From assembly GCF_003334315.1 (NCBI RefSeq), contig NZ_QOWR01000011.1: 64,000 nucleotides of DNA; one strand, given 5' to 3'. Each line of letters starts with the position of its first letter. Position 1 is the stretch's first letter. This document shows, one piece after another, positions 1 through 14,185 of this stretch. The notes below the pieces were generated by a model, which saw only the letters and a program-made list of their open reading frames with translations, searched no databases and was not told the origin of the DNA. Position numbers and translations under genes: made by a program. This DNA is from Escherichia coli (lineage in GTDB: Bacteria; Pseudomonadota; Gammaproteobacteria; Enterobacterales; Enterobacteriaceae).

Positions 1-1549
<1,549 letters not shown>

Positions 1550-1554
1550 AATAA

Positions 1555-2286
<732 letters not shown>

Positions 2287-2299
2287 GCTGAAGAAATAA

Positions 2300-2983
<684 letters not shown>

Positions 2984-3457
2984 TTAACTTAAAGAGTCTG
3001 TTTCAGGACATGAAATATCCAATCCGGGCAGACGGGTAATGATTCTGCTCATCACCACACCTGCCAGCAATGCAGGAATGATGCGGACAACGAGACTGTC
3101 ACCAGAAAGAATGTTTTCAAACAACTCCGAGGAAGCCATGCCCTTAATATGTACAATAACTGCACAATAGATCTCGGTGATAACGACGCCACCTATGCCA
3201 CCAGCCAGACAACGATAATTTTTCTGTGACCCGATCTTTTCCGGCAGACAGGCGACCATCACGCCGGTTAACAATGCAGGAATAGCTCCCGTAGTAATCG
3301 ACAATAAGAGAAACAATGGAAGTACCTGTATTATTACCAAAAGAACCAGCGGTTCTTTTGCGAAGAATATGTAGAGGACAAGAAACAGAACACCAATTAA
3401 CGGTCCTAAAACCGCAAAATAAAGTCCGTGATGTATTACCCGACGTGAAACAGACAT
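2984..3457 (-). CDS. cbrB: CreB-regulated inner membrane protein CbrB
   Basis: ORF track 2984..3490; multi-pass hydrophobic protein; start trimmed to the internal Met (MSVSRR...) because a cre-tag promoter element sits at 3505-3520; exact start uncertain. Confidence 0.7.
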   Translation of the reverse strand: MSVSRRVIHHGLYFAVLGPLIGVLFLVLYIFFAKEPLVLLVIIQVLPLFLLLSITTGAIPALLTGVMVACLPEKIGSQKNYRCLAGGIGGVVITEIYCAVIVHIKGMASSELFENILSGDSLVVRIIPALLAGVVMSRIITRLPGLDISCPETDSLS

Positions 3458-3504
3458 ATCAAACACCCTTAACTTACCTTTGAGCGCCAATTTAAGCGGG
3501 GTAA

Positions 3505-3520
3505 GTGAAGGGAGTGTGAA
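3505..3520 (-). promoter_or_regulatory. cre tag (CreB binding site TTCACnnnnnnTTCAC) upstream of cbrBC
   Basis: Minus-strand reading gives TTCAC-ACTCCC-TTCAC, a perfect direct repeat with 11-bp period, immediately upstream of the cbrB start. Confidence 0.6.
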
Positions 3521-3523
3521 GAA

Positions 3524-4189
3524 CTATGCCGTAATATCCCAACCACGCGCTTTCCACAGTTCCGGTAACTGCGAAAGATGGGTAAAGGTGGTGACTTTCG
3601 GGTGAACGATCGGCTTATTGTGCGGGTCGGCGCAGAAGTAGAACACTTCCATACCTGCGTCGATACCAGATTGCGCACCGGCAACTGAGTCATCAACCAG
3701 AATGCAGTTTTCTACATTTACATTCATCGCTTTTGCCGCATGGAACATTAACGCCGGGTCTGGCTTCCAGCGCTGAATATCGTAGCCGCTGAACAGTTTA
3801 TCCGGGAAGTAGTGCAACATATTCAGCTTGCCCATAGAATGCTGCATTTTGTTATTTGGGCCGTTAGATACCACACACATTGGCGCAGTGATCGCTGACA
3901 GGAGCGCTCCAGCCCCTTCGATGGCTTCCAGTTCTGAATCGAACAGCCGAGCGACTTCTGCACGGTAAACGTGTTCAGCTTCTGTTTTCGCTAACGTAAC
4001 ACCATGTTCAAGGGAAACAATATCGATAATTTCGTACAGTTTTACACCTTTGAAACGTTTGAATACCTCTTCAGGATCGAGCGTAATACCAAATTCCTGA
4101 AACATCGTTACATATGCGCGAGAGCAAATGACTTCACTGTCGACCAGCGTACCGTCGCAGTCGAAAAATACCGCTTCTATCCGGGACAT
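3524..4189 (-). CDS. yieH: HAD-superfamily sugar-phosphate phosphatase
   Basis: 221-aa ORF; N-terminal HAD motif I (AVFFDCDGTLVDS) with catalytic Asp pair. Confidence 0.85.
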   Translation of the reverse strand: MSRIEAVFFDCDGTLVDSEVICSRAYVTMFQEFGITLDPEEVFKRFKGVKLYEIIDIVSLEHGVTLAKTEAEHVYRAEVARLFDSELEAIEGAGALLSAITAPMCVVSNGPNNKMQHSMGKLNMLHYFPDKLFSGYDIQRWKPDPALMFHAAKAMNVNVENCILVDDSVAGAQSGIDAGMEVFYFCADPHNKPIVHPKVTTFTHLSQLPELWKARGWDITA

Positions 4190-4353
4190 GCCTTTCCTTT
4201 TTAATCAGTTTAACGTTTTCGTAGAGCCGATTTGCGCAACGCAATCGTTGCCGTATAAGTAAATCCAATAAAAAAGTCTCTCACAAACGCGCCTATTGTC
4301 GCATTTTGGTATACGATAGCGACGGATTTTCCCTCCTTGTTCGGAAATAGATA

Positions 4354-5691
4354 ATGAGTCAACAACACACAACCCAGGCTTCTGGCCAGGGGATGCTGGA
4401 ACGCGTGTTTAAACTGCGCGAACATGGCACGACGGCACGGACCGAAGTGATCGCTGGTTTTACCACCTTCCTGACGATGGTTTACATCGTTTTTGTTAAC
4501 CCGCAAATTCTTGGCGTTGCTGGCATGGATACCAGCGCCGTCTTCGTCACTACCTGTCTGATTGCTGCATTCGGCAGTATTATGATGGGACTGTTTGCTA
4601 ACCTGCCAGTTGCACTGGCACCCGCTATGGGCCTGAATGCGTTCTTCGCTTTTGTCGTTGTGCAGGCGATGGGCTTGCCGTGGCAGGTCGGGATGGGCGC
4701 AATCTTCTGGGGCGCGATAGGTCTGCTGTTACTGACGATTTTCCGCGTTCGCTACTGGATGATTGCCAACATTCCGGTGAGTCTGCGTGTGGGCATCACC
4801 AGCGGTATCGGTCTGTTCATTGGTATGATGGGACTGAAGAATGCAGGTGTGATTGTCGCTAACCCGGAAACGCTGGTCAGCATCGGTAATCTGACTTCTC
4901 ACAGCGTGCTGCTGGGGATCCTCGGCTTCTTCATCATCGCCATTCTGGCCTCGCGCAACATTCACGCGGCGGTGCTGGTTTCCATCGTGGTGACAACGCT
5001 GCTGGGCTGGATGCTGGGTGATGTCCACTATAATGGCATCGTTTCTGCGCCGCCGAGCGTAATGACTGTCGTGGGTCATGTAGATTTAGCCGGTTCGTTT
5101 AACCTCGGCCTGGCAGGGGTGATTTTCTCTTTCATGCTGGTCAACCTGTTTGACTCCTCCGGTACGCTGATTGGCGTGACCGATAAAGCAGGTCTGGCGG
5201 ATGAGAAGGGTAAATTCCCGCGCATGAAGCAGGCGCTATATGTCGACAGTATCTCTTCTGTTACCGGTTCGTTTATCGGTACTTCTTCTGTTACGGCGTA
5301 TATCGAGTCTTCTTCCGGCGTTTCTGTTGGTGGTCGTACCGGTCTGACGGCAGTCGTTGTTGGTCTGCTGTTCCTGCTGGTTATCTTTCTGTCGCCGCTG
5401 GCGGGGATGGTGCCAGGCTACGCTGCAGCTGGTGCGCTGATTTACGTTGGCGTGCTGATGACTTCCAGTCTGGCACGCGTGAACTGGCAGGATCTTACTG
5501 AATCTGTTCCGGCGTTTATTACCGCCGTGATGATGCCGTTCAGCTTTTCGATTACCGAAGGTATTGCGCTGGGCTTTATCTCCTACTGCGTAATGAAAAT
5601 CGGTACCGGACGTCTGCGTGATCTAAGCCCGTGCGTAATCATCGTTGCGCTGCTGTTTATCCTGAAGATTGTGTTTATCGACGCTCACTAA
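4354..5691 (+). CDS. adeP: adenine permease (NCS2/AzgA family)
   Basis: 445-aa polytopic membrane ORF; about 70 percent identical to the adeQ product encoded at 57174..58508 in this same window. Confidence 0.9.
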   Translation: MSQQHTTQASGQGMLERVFKLREHGTTARTEVIAGFTTFLTMVYIVFVNPQILGVAGMDTSAVFVTTCLIAAFGSIMMGLFANLPVALAPAMGLNAFFAFVVVQAMGLPWQVGMGAIFWGAIGLLLLTIFRVRYWMIANIPVSLRVGITSGIGLFIGMMGLKNAGVIVANPETLVSIGNLTSHSVLLGILGFFIIAILASRNIHAAVLVSIVVTTLLGWMLGDVHYNGIVSAPPSVMTVVGHVDLAGSFNLGLAGVIFSFMLVNLFDSSGTLIGVTDKAGLADEKGKFPRMKQALYVDSISSVTGSFIGTSSVTAYIESSSGVSVGGRTGLTAVVVGLLFLLVIFLSPLAGMVPGYAAAGALIYVGVLMTSSLARVNWQDLTESVPAFITAVMMPFSFSITEGIALGFISYCVMKIGTGRLRDLSPCVIIVALLFILKIVFIDAH

Positions 5692-5711
5692 AATCGATAG
5701 CGCGTTAAAAA

Positions 5712-5745
5712 CCCGCCATGCATGATTGCTGGCGGGTTATTTATT
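5712..5745. terminator. hairpin plus T-tract between convergent adeP and chrR
   Basis: CCCGCCA...TGGCGGG stem followed by TTATTTATTT directly after the adeP stop. Confidence 0.65.
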
Positions 5746-6311
5746 TAGATCTTAACTCGCTGAATAAACTCACCAAATGCGGTCAATTGCCCGGTCAGGT
5801 GGTCCAGCGTACCCTGGTCAATCACTTCTCCGGTTTGCGGATCAACTTTGTTCTGAATCACGCCGCCCATAAATTCCGGCTTGTTCATCACCATTGCATC
5901 GAGGAAAACCAGAATCTGGCGCAGGTGATACTGACAGCGCGCGCCGCCAATCACGCCCATTGAGCTGGTCTGAATCAATACCGGTTTACCGGCCAGCGGT
6001 TGATCCGGCAGGCGGGAAAGCCAGTCGATGGCATTTTTCAGCCCACCCGGTACCGAGTAGTTATATTCCGGCGTGACGATCACCACACCGTCAGCCTGAC
6101 GGATCTGTTCCGCCAGAGCTTCAACCGTTGCTGGAAAACCGTCTTCCTGCTGTACGTCAGCGTCATACAAGGGAATGTCGGCAATGGAAGGTAACGCATT
6201 GACTTCCATGCTCGCCGGAGCAATTTTCGGCAGGGTACGTGCAACCATGCCATTAAATGAGCCTTTGCGCAGGCTCCCCAGTAACGTAACCACCTGCAAT
6301 TTTTCAGACAT
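5745..6311 (-). CDS. chrR: NAD(P)H-dependent FMN reductase / chromate-quinone reductase
   Basis: 188-aa ORF; flavodoxin-like NADPH-dependent FMN reductase signature (LLGSLRKGSFN). Confidence 0.85.
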   Translation of the reverse strand: MSEKLQVVTLLGSLRKGSFNGMVARTLPKIAPASMEVNALPSIADIPLYDADVQQEDGFPATVEALAEQIRQADGVVIVTPEYNYSVPGGLKNAIDWLSRLPDQPLAGKPVLIQTSSMGVIGGARCQYHLRQILVFLDAMVMNKPEFMGGVIQNKVDPQTGEVIDQGTLDHLTGQLTAFGEFIQRVKI

Positions 6312-6332
6312 GATGACTCCTGTGGTTGTCTA

Positions 6333-7094
6333 TCAATTTGGCGAAAAAGCCTTCACGGTAGAGAGTTGGGCAAAACGCATCATCCGGCTGGTAGGATTGT
6401 TGGCGCGGCTGTGAATATCCGGCAGGCTTTTCCAGCCGTGTTTGCCATCTAACTCCCAGACACTGAGCTTTTCAATCGTGGGCGTGACCGCCACGGACCA
6501 CACCAGCACGTCTTCCGCGTCGCATAACGCTTCTACATGATTTACATGAGCACATTTCAGGCGTCCGGCAATGGGCAGCAGCTGCAGATCGCGCGGATCG
6601 TCATTCAAAACATCACCGGTTAGTTTTAGCACGCTTCGGCGCAGCGTGATGAGCTGCGCCCGCGCTTCGTTAGGATCGTTTTGTTTACTGATCCATAGCG
6701 ATTCATTGCTGGAAAAGGTGTGGTTATCGGGCGCGTGTGGGCTATGAAACCCGCGCGTCGCACGCTGTAGTTCCATATCGAGACCACATTCACCTTCGGT
6801 TGTTAACGCCACGCCAACCATATTCCCGGCATAGGAAATAGAAAACGAAGGCAAATTTTTATCACTGAAAACCGGTTTACCTTTCGGCAGGGTGACGATT
6901 TCCGGCAATTCGCCAATGCCATACAGCATGAACATCAGTTCTGCGAGTAAACCTCTAGACGCCAGAAAACGGCTTTGACGATGAGGGGGAATGTTTCGGG
7001 CTTCTTGATGACACTGGGAGGGGAGACGAACAGAAATCAGATGTCCTTCCGTTAAAATCCCTCGGGCAAAGTGAGTCGCCATTTTTCGCTCCAT
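6333..7094 (-). CDS. yieE: putative 4'-phosphopantetheinyl transferase family protein
   Basis: 253-aa ORF in track; synteny between chrR and yidZ; start may lie a few codons downstream. Confidence 0.7.
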   Translation of the reverse strand: MERKMATHFARGILTEGHLISVRLPSQCHQEARNIPPHRQSRFLASRGLLAELMFMLYGIGELPEIVTLPKGKPVFSDKNLPSFSISYAGNMVGVALTTEGECGLDMELQRATRGFHSPHAPDNHTFSSNESLWISKQNDPNEARAQLITLRRSVLKLTGDVLNDDPRDLQLLPIAGRLKCAHVNHVEALCDAEDVLVWSVAVTPTIEKLSVWELDGKHGWKSLPDIHSRANNPTSRMMRFAQLSTVKAFSPN

Positions 7095-7238
7095 GCTTAA
7101 TGGTCCATTATGAATACAAGAGTAATCATTTACTGGAATGATGGACAGACTAAAGCGGCTAAAAGTTCGATTCAGACAAGCTTATTACAACTTTTTTACA
7201 TTTTATTGTGAAATTGGGTCGCGTTTCATACGATTCGG

Positions 7239-8198
7239 TTATGCCATCGACGCGTAAAGGTTTTTAATGGTTTCCCGTAACCAGACGATCTTCGGATTAT
7301 GGCTGTTCCGTTTATGCCACAGCAGGGTAAAAGGAACTTCCAGCTTTTTTTGCTGGCTTTCGTCAAACGGGAGAGGAAGAGCAACCAACGGCAGTTGATG
7401 GAGTTGATTGTAGTACTGACAGTAGCGCGGCGCGGTCGCCAGTAGCAGATTGTCGGGTTGCGCTGCCATAAACAGTGACTGCTCAAATTCCGGCAGGCTC
7501 ATAGCAATCGTGCGTTCGCGCCCCAGCTCCTGTAACACATTGTCCAGCGCCCAGGTGTCGCTCTGTTCCCAGCAAATGCTGATATGCGGATAACGTAAAA
7601 AGGTGTCCAGATTCCACGTTTCATGCAGTGCCGGATGATCTTTGCGTAACCAGACGCAGGGTACATCACTAAACAGCACTTCATAATCAATGGCTAACGG
7701 TAGCGAGCTTAACAGCTCCCGCGAGCGAGGATGGCTTTCGCGACCGGAAAAACCAATATCCACTTCACCACGAGTAATGGCATCTAAGGAATCGTAATCC
7801 CAGTTACGTAGTTTGATGGTCGCCTGCGGGTAACGTTGGTAGATCCGTTTCGACAGCGCATTAAGCATGATCATCATCAGCGGCGATTCCGCCGCCAACT
7901 CAAACTTCAGGCCGCGCGGTGTCTGGTGGTGCGGTTTATCCAGCAGCAGATTGCTCATTTGCATCTATTCCGCCAGATTTTGCTCCATGCTGACCATCAG
8001 CGGTGTGGGCGACAGACCCAGCGGTGAGTTCACAAAGAGCGGGTCGTCAAACCACGCTCTTAACTTTGCCAGCGACTTACTCACCGCCGAAGGTGTCACG
8101 TTTATCCGCTTCGCCGCTTTGGTTACGCTGCGCTCCTGCATCAGCAGTTGCAGACAAAGCAGCAGATTGAGATCAAGCGTGGTGATGGATTTCTTCAT
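7239..8198 (-). pseudogene. yidZ: LysR-family transcriptional regulator interrupted by an in-frame amber codon (TAG at 7965..7967)
   Basis: Track shows an 80-aa HTH ORF (7965..8207) and a 241-aa substrate-domain ORF (7239..7964) in the same frame separated only by TAG; read-through gives a 319-aa LysR regulator. Confidence 0.75.
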
Positions 8199-9348
8199 GA
8201 GCGGCAACGGGGCGTCCAGGCGCGACGAACATAATCAGCAACAGGCTCACTATGCTACAGGCAATCAGAATCCCGATCAGCATATTCCATGCGCCGATAC
8301 CAACCACCGCTGCCAGCCAAATCCACAGTGACGAACCGCAAACCTGCGCAATACCTAAGGTCGAGCTGGCTACGCCCGCGCGTAATGAAAACGGCCCTAA
8401 CGCCTGACTCATCGCCACACCAAAACCTACCGAGAAACCGGCGCAAATCAGCGTGATACCAAACAGAGAAACCGCATGGGAAGGTGAAACGGCAAGAGTG
8501 ATCCCCGCCGCCAGGAATAACACCTGCGAGGTGATCATCAACGTACGTGGCTTAAAAATTCCCAGCGCAAATGGCGTGGAGAATGAAACGGTCATGCTGA
8601 CGCCAGCGGTCAGCGCCATAATGGTGGCGTATTCACCGCGCTCAAACCCCATGATTTCCATCAGCAATACCGGTGACGTGTTGACGAAAGTGAGGATCAC
8701 CGAAACGCTGAGGGTGGTGATAACAACACGGCTGAGGAAAAAACGGTTAAGCAGCGACTCGCTATTTTCTCGTGGTTTATCCGAAGCTGCGGGGGCCGCT
8801 GGGCGCGTTTCTTTTAAAATAAACAAAGACAACATCAGTACCGCGATGCCCATCATTGCCATCGCCCAGAACAGACTCTGCCACGGGAATTTAAGCATAA
8901 TCAGATGTCCGAGCACTGGCGCTAACACCGGAATGATGCAGGTAATACCGTTGAGTAATGACAGCACTTTAGCCCGACGTCGATCATCCAGCGTGTCGCG
9001 CAAAATAGCGAACGCCACTACGTAACAACAGCCTGCGCCCAACCCCTGTAGAAATCGGCCTGCAAGAAATAACGTGCTGGTTTCAGCCAGTGAACAGAAC
9101 ACCGAGGCAATAATAAATAGCGCCGCGCCGGGTATGGCGACCGGCTTTCTCCCTGAACGATCGGCCACTTTACCGGCAAATAACATCGCAGCTGCCATCC
9201 CCGCCAGATATACGGAGAACGCAATATGCAACTGCGCTTCGCTGGCATTGAGATCGGCGGCGATGCGCGGTAAACCAACGAGGTACATATCAATCCCGGC
9301 GGGATAAAGTAAAACCAGGGCAAAACTACAAATCAAAAAGCGGGACAT
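8173..9348 (-). CDS. mdtL: MFS multidrug efflux transporter
   Basis: 391-aa 12-TM ORF; MFS signature; its 3' end overlaps the yidZ start by about 26 bp. Confidence 0.85.
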   Translation of the reverse strand: MSRFLICSFALVLLYPAGIDMYLVGLPRIAADLNASEAQLHIAFSVYLAGMAAAMLFAGKVADRSGRKPVAIPGAALFIIASVFCSLAETSTLFLAGRFLQGLGAGCCYVVAFAILRDTLDDRRRAKVLSLLNGITCIIPVLAPVLGHLIMLKFPWQSLFWAMAMMGIAVLMLSLFILKETRPAAPAASDKPRENSESLLNRFFLSRVVITTLSVSVILTFVNTSPVLLMEIMGFERGEYATIMALTAGVSMTVSFSTPFALGIFKPRTLMITSQVLFLAAGITLAVSPSHAVSLFGITLICAGFSVGFGVAMSQALGPFSLRAGVASSTLGIAQVCGSSLWIWLAAVVGIGAWNMLIGILIACSIVSLLLIMFVAPGRPVAAHEEIHHHA

Positions 9349-9444
9349 GGGCTAAAGCGTCCTGATAGTAAGGTGACGCAAAGCATACGTGGTGAAGGAG
9401 GATCAGGCGAGTTGCCATTTGGACATAAGTGATTTCCTGAGAGG

Positions 9445-9473
9445 CAAGAAGCCAGCGAATGGCTGGCTTCTTG
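9445..9473 (-). terminator. perfect 12-bp stem hairpin downstream of tnaB (possible operon terminator; no clear U-tract)
   Basis: CAAGAAGCCAGC-GAATG-GCTGGCTTCTTG located just 3' of the tnaB stop. Confidence 0.4.
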
Positions 9474-9479
9474 AAGGAT

Positions 9480-10727
9480 TTAGCCAAATTTAGGTAACAC
9501 GTTAAAGACGTTGCCGAACCAGCACAAAATCACGGTTATACCAAAGAGAATGACAATCGCCGGAATAAGATTGCCGCCCCAGACCGTGAACATCTGATTG
9601 GGAAACTTCTTGCGAGCTTTGATTGCAAGCACTGCGGGAATAATGACCGCCCAGATGGTGGCGCACAGCCCGGCACCGCCGATCCCGTAAATAAAGCCGT
9701 TCGGGAAGATCAGATACAACAACGCAGGTGGCAGGAAGGTTAACAGCACGGTTTTGAAACGCCCGCCGTGGGAGTTATCAATCTTAAACAGGTCCGCCAG
9801 ATAATCGAACAACCCCAGCGTGACACCAAAGAACGAACTGGCAACAGCTAAGTTAGAGAACACCAGCAGGCAAAACTCGATAATGCCGTGCTGTTTGGTG
9901 CCGAGGAACGATTTCACCAGCGAATCAACGTTGCCGCCTGAGGAGATAATCGCCTTAAAGCTTTCTCGCGGAATATTCCCCATGGTGCAATAGAGCCAGA
10001 AGAGATAAATCACCAGCGCCAGCAGCGAACCAAATACTACGCTTTTGATTAACTTATCTTTGCGTTTTCCATAGCAAATAATCAGGCTGGGAATATTGCC
10101 GTGGAAACCAAATGACGCCAGACACACCGGCAAAGCCATAAAGATATACGGGAAGTAAGACGTTCCCGCAGTGGAGCTGGTGGCGTCGCGCAGAATGGAG
10201 TAATCGACCTGGAAGAAAAAAGAACCAAACACGATCACAAAGGAGATAATCTTCAGCCCGAGGAACAATGAGGTAATACGACTGGCGGCTAACGAACTTA
10301 ACCACAATACGCTGGCAACGAAAATGGCTGTGCAGATCCCGACAATACGTGGATTAGCGTGATAACCCAAATTCATTGATATCGTTTCACTAATGATCGC
10401 ACCATTAGCAGAGATATAGGCATAAGTGAGGATATAGAGAACGAAGGCAACGGTAATACCGCTGATAATGTTCCAGGTGTTACCGATTAAATCTTTGGTG
10501 ATGGTGTTAAAACTGGAGCCGACGGGATAATTTAAATTTGCTTCTAATAACAATAACCCGGAATGAAGCATTGAAAACCAGGCAATGATAAGGATAAAGG
10601 CACCCCAGAAAAACCAGGCACCGGCAAGATCAACAGGTAAAGCAAACATACCTCCACCAATTACTGTACCTGCTATAACCATAACACCCCAAAATGCAGA
10701 GTGCTTTTTTTCAGCTTGATCAGTCAT
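9480..10727 (-). CDS. tnaB: low-affinity tryptophan permease
   Basis: 415-aa membrane ORF of the aromatic amino acid permease family immediately downstream of tnaA. Confidence 0.9.
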   Translation of the reverse strand: MTDQAEKKHSAFWGVMVIAGTVIGGGMFALPVDLAGAWFFWGAFILIIAWFSMLHSGLLLLEANLNYPVGSSFNTITKDLIGNTWNIISGITVAFVLYILTYAYISANGAIISETISMNLGYHANPRIVGICTAIFVASVLWLSSLAASRITSLFLGLKIISFVIVFGSFFFQVDYSILRDATSSTAGTSYFPYIFMALPVCLASFGFHGNIPSLIICYGKRKDKLIKSVVFGSLLALVIYLFWLYCTMGNIPRESFKAIISSGGNVDSLVKSFLGTKQHGIIEFCLLVFSNLAVASSFFGVTLGLFDYLADLFKIDNSHGGRFKTVLLTFLPPALLYLIFPNGFIYGIGGAGLCATIWAVIIPAVLAIKARKKFPNQMFTVWGGNLIPAIVILFGITVILCWFGNVFNVLPKFG

Positions 10728-10817
10728 GATGCCACCTTTAGAGGAAGGCTATTTTTGTTATTGAGGATGTAGGGTAAGAGAGTGGCTAACATCCTTATAG
10801 CCACTCTGTAGTATTAA

Positions 10818-12233
10818 TTAAACTTCTTTAAGTTTTGCGGTGAAGTGACGCAATACTTTCGGTTCGTACGTAAAGGTTAATCCTTTAATATTCGCCGCGT
10901 TCTCTTTCACATGTTTAAAGGCTTCAATAATGAAGTCCATATGTGTTTGAGTATATGTTGCGCGCGGAATGGTTAAACGCAGCAGTTCAGCCGGGCATGG
11001 CAGTTGTTTACCGGTTTTCGGATCGCGGCCTAACAGGAAAGAGCCAATTTCTACCGCACGGATACCGGCGACTTTATACAGCTCGCAGGCCAGCGCCTGT
11101 GCCGGGAACTGGTCTGCCGGGATATGCGGCAACAGTTTACCGGCATCAACGAATGCCGCGTGACCGCCCGCCTGCTGGCAGACAACGCCAATCTCTTCCA
11201 GACCATCGACCAGATACTGTACCTGCGCGATACGATAAGCCAGCCAGTCGAGATTCATGCCGTCATACAGACCTACCGCCAGACGCTCCATCGCGCCGCC
11301 TTCCAGGCCGCCATATGTCGGGAAGCCTTCCTGCACCACGCAAAGGGTTCTGCACTCGGTGTACACATCAAAGAAGCTGTCGTCTTTCATGCACAGCAGG
11401 CCGCCCATCGGCACCATCGCATCTTTCTTGGCGGACATCGCCAGCATATCGGCATATTTGTAGGTTTCGCGGGTGATCTGCTCGATGGTCCAGTCTTTGT
11501 ATTCTGCTTCACGCTGCTTGATGAAATAGGCGTTTTCAGCAAAGCGCGCGGAGTCCATTACCACCGGAATATCGTATTTCTTCGCGATGCTGTACATCGC
11601 TTTTAAGTTTGCCAGTGAAACCGGCTGACCACCTGCAGAGTTACTGGTGATGGTTGCAACGATATACGGCACGTTATTCGGACCAACTTCTTCAATACCG
11701 CGTTCTAATCCCTCAAGGTCAAAGTTGCCTTTAAAGTCGTAACGCACGCCCGTATCGAAGGCTTCTTTGATATAGACGTTACGCACGGTACAGCCGTTGA
11801 TCTGGCTATGGCCCTGCGTGGTATCAAAGAAATAGTTAGAGAACGCCACCATTTTGCTGCGATCCAGGCCTTTTTCCTGCTCGCGTTTTTTAATCAGTAC
11901 CGGAATATAGATTTGCTCTGCGCCACGGCCCTGGTGAGTCGGAATGGTGTATTGATAACCAAAGATATTTTTCACTGACTCGGCTAACGCATAGTAGCTA
12001 CGACTGCCGCTGTAGGCTTCGTCGCCGCGCATCATCGCAGCCTGCATGCTCTGCGTCACCGCCCCGGTGCCGCTGTCGGTCAGTAAATCGATAAACACAT
12101 CTTCGCTATCCAGCAGGAACGGGTTCATACCGGATTTAATAATTGCCTCTTCACGATAAGCGCGAGTGGTACGTTTTACTGGCTCAATAACACGAATGCG
12201 GAACGGTTCAGGGAGATGTTTAAAGTTTTCCAT
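10818..12233 (-). CDS. tnaA: tryptophanase (tryptophan indole-lyase, PLP-dependent)
   Basis: ORF track 10818..12248 trimmed to [28 protein letters not shown]... (471 aa); beta-eliminating lyase family. Confidence 0.95.
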
Positions 12234-12453
12234 TACATAATCCTTCATTTATTTTAATTACAGTGATCCCTGTGAATATTACATCTGCTATACCGATTAA
12301 TTCGCCAGATATATATGCAAGCACCATCATTTACTAAAACAAGTAAATAAACGAGAGATGACCTTTGCAAAAGGCAAAATTAAGATATAGCAAACAAATA
12401 GATCACATTGAATCTAATCGGTTTGGCTCTGGTGATGGCTACAGAAGGGCAAA

Positions 12454-12528
12454 TCAAGGGCGGTGATCGACAATTTTGTTGTCAATATTGAACCATTTTG
12501 AGGTCACACATATATGTAAGATATTCAT
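12454..12528 (-). CDS. tnaC: tna operon leader peptide (24 aa, MNILHICVTSKWFNIDNKIVDHRP)
   Basis: Short ORF about 220 bp upstream of tnaA encoding the canonical TnaC peptide with the critical Trp12 and C-terminal Pro24 followed by TGA. Confidence 0.9.
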   Translation of the reverse strand: MNILHICVTSKWFNIDNKIVDHRP

Positions 12529-12603
12529 AATGCACTTATCCTCGCAAGACACGAGGCTACATTATTACACTCAGAGTTTTTGTCTATTCTGAAATTGTTT
12601 AAA

Positions 12604-12619
12604 TGTGAATCGAATCACA
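12604..12619. promoter_or_regulatory. CRP (cAMP receptor protein) binding site of the tna promoter
   Basis: Perfect TGTGA-N6-TCACA (aaaTGTGAatcgaaTCACAatc) about 60 bp upstream of the expected tnaC transcription start. Confidence 0.7.
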
Positions 12620-12770
12620 ATCGTTCGGGGAGCAATATTAAATGCTTTTTTTAAAGATTATAAATTACGTAAGAATTTTAATGTTTAAAAAAAGGGTTGA
12701 GGAATAACAGGAGTGGTAACAATGAAGCGAAGCCGCATCTGACAGTCAGAATGCGGCTTCGTAAGCGCGG

Positions 12771-14135
12771 TTACTTACCAATACAGAAGCTGGAGAAAAT
12801 CCGCCCCAGCAGGTCGTCTGAAGTAAATTCCCCGGTGATTTCGCTTAAGTTCTGCTGTGCCAGACGCAACTCTTCCGCCAGCAGTTCACCTGCCCAGGCT
12901 CCCAACAGTTGCGCTTTGCCCTGTTGTAGATGTTCCGCTGCCTGTTCCAGCGCCTGTAGGTGGCGACGACGCGCCAGGAAGCCGCCTTCCATGTTGGTGT
13001 CAAAGCCCATGCTCTGTTTGAGATGGTTACGCAGCACGTCCACGCCTTCACCAGTCCTTGCCGAGAGACGAATTAACGCGTGACCGTTCACTTCACTCAT
13101 TCCCAGCGTTTCGCCGGTGATATCGGCTTTATTGCGCACCACGGTGATCGGCAGTTTCGCTGGCAGACGGGCAATAAATTCCGGCCAGATCTCTGCCGGA
13201 TCCACGGCGTCTGTTGTGGTGCCATCGACCATAAACAGCACGCGGTCGGCCTGTTCAATTTCCTGCCACGCGCGCTCGATACCAATACGTTCTACTTCGT
13301 CACTGGCTTCACGTAGCCCGGCGGTATCGATGATATGCAGCGGCATTCCGTCAATGTGGATATGCTCACGCAGCACGTCACGCGTAGTTCCGGCGATATC
13401 GGTTACGATTGCCGCTTCACGCCCCGCCAGCGCGTTTAACAGGCTCGATTTACCGGCGTTAGGACGTCCGGCAATCACCACTTTCATCCCTTCGCGCAAC
13501 AAACTACCCTGACGTGCTTCAGCACGCACTGCATCAAGATCGGCAATAACGTCATTGAGCTGGGCTTCAATTTTTCCGTCGGAGAGGAAATCGATCTCTT
13601 CATCGGGGAAATCAATTGCCGCTTCGACGTAAATGCGCAAGTGGGTGAGGGCTTCTACCAGATGATTAACCCGTGCGGAGAATGCGCCTTGCAGCGAGTT
13701 AAGTGCCGAACGGGCCGCCTGTTCCGAACTGGCGTCGATAAGATCGGCAATCGCCTCGGCCTGGGCTAAGTCAAGTTTATCGTTAAGAAACGCGCGTTCG
13801 GAAAACTCACCAGGGCGAGCAATCCGCAGGCCGGGAATGGTCAGAATGCGTTTTAACAGCAGGTCGAGGATCACCGGACCGCCATGACCTTGCAGTTCCA
13901 GCACATCTTCGCCGGTGAACGAGTTCGGGCCAGGGAACCATAGCGCAATCCCCTGATCGAGCACGCTGCCGTCGGCGTCTTTAAACGGAAGATAATCGGC
14001 GTAGCGCGGCTTAGGCAGTTTACCCAGCACGGTTTCGGCAACTTCACGGGCTTTGAAGCCGGAGATGCGCAGGATGCCAACGCCGCCACGTCCCGGAGGC
14101 GTGGCCTGGGCTACGATAGTGTCATTATCGCTCAT
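12771..14135 (-). CDS. mnmE: tRNA modification GTPase MnmE (TrmE)
   Basis: 454-aa ORF; G1 motif [11 protein letters not shown]-domain and C-terminal CIGK motif. Confidence 0.95.
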
Positions 14136-14185
14136 GATGTTCCTGTTGCTTTGTGTGGCGGATGCGCGGTGCTTATCCGCCCTAC

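Noticed and set aside
10943-11606. 177-aa and 160-aa plus-strand ORFs inside tnaA
   Set aside because: Antisense to the intact tnaA CDS; Pro/Arg-rich, low-complexity translations.
12728-12752. Hairpin (AGCCGCAT...ATGCGGCT) downstream of mnmE as an intrinsic terminator
   Set aside because: No adjacent U-tract on either strand, so not called as a terminator.
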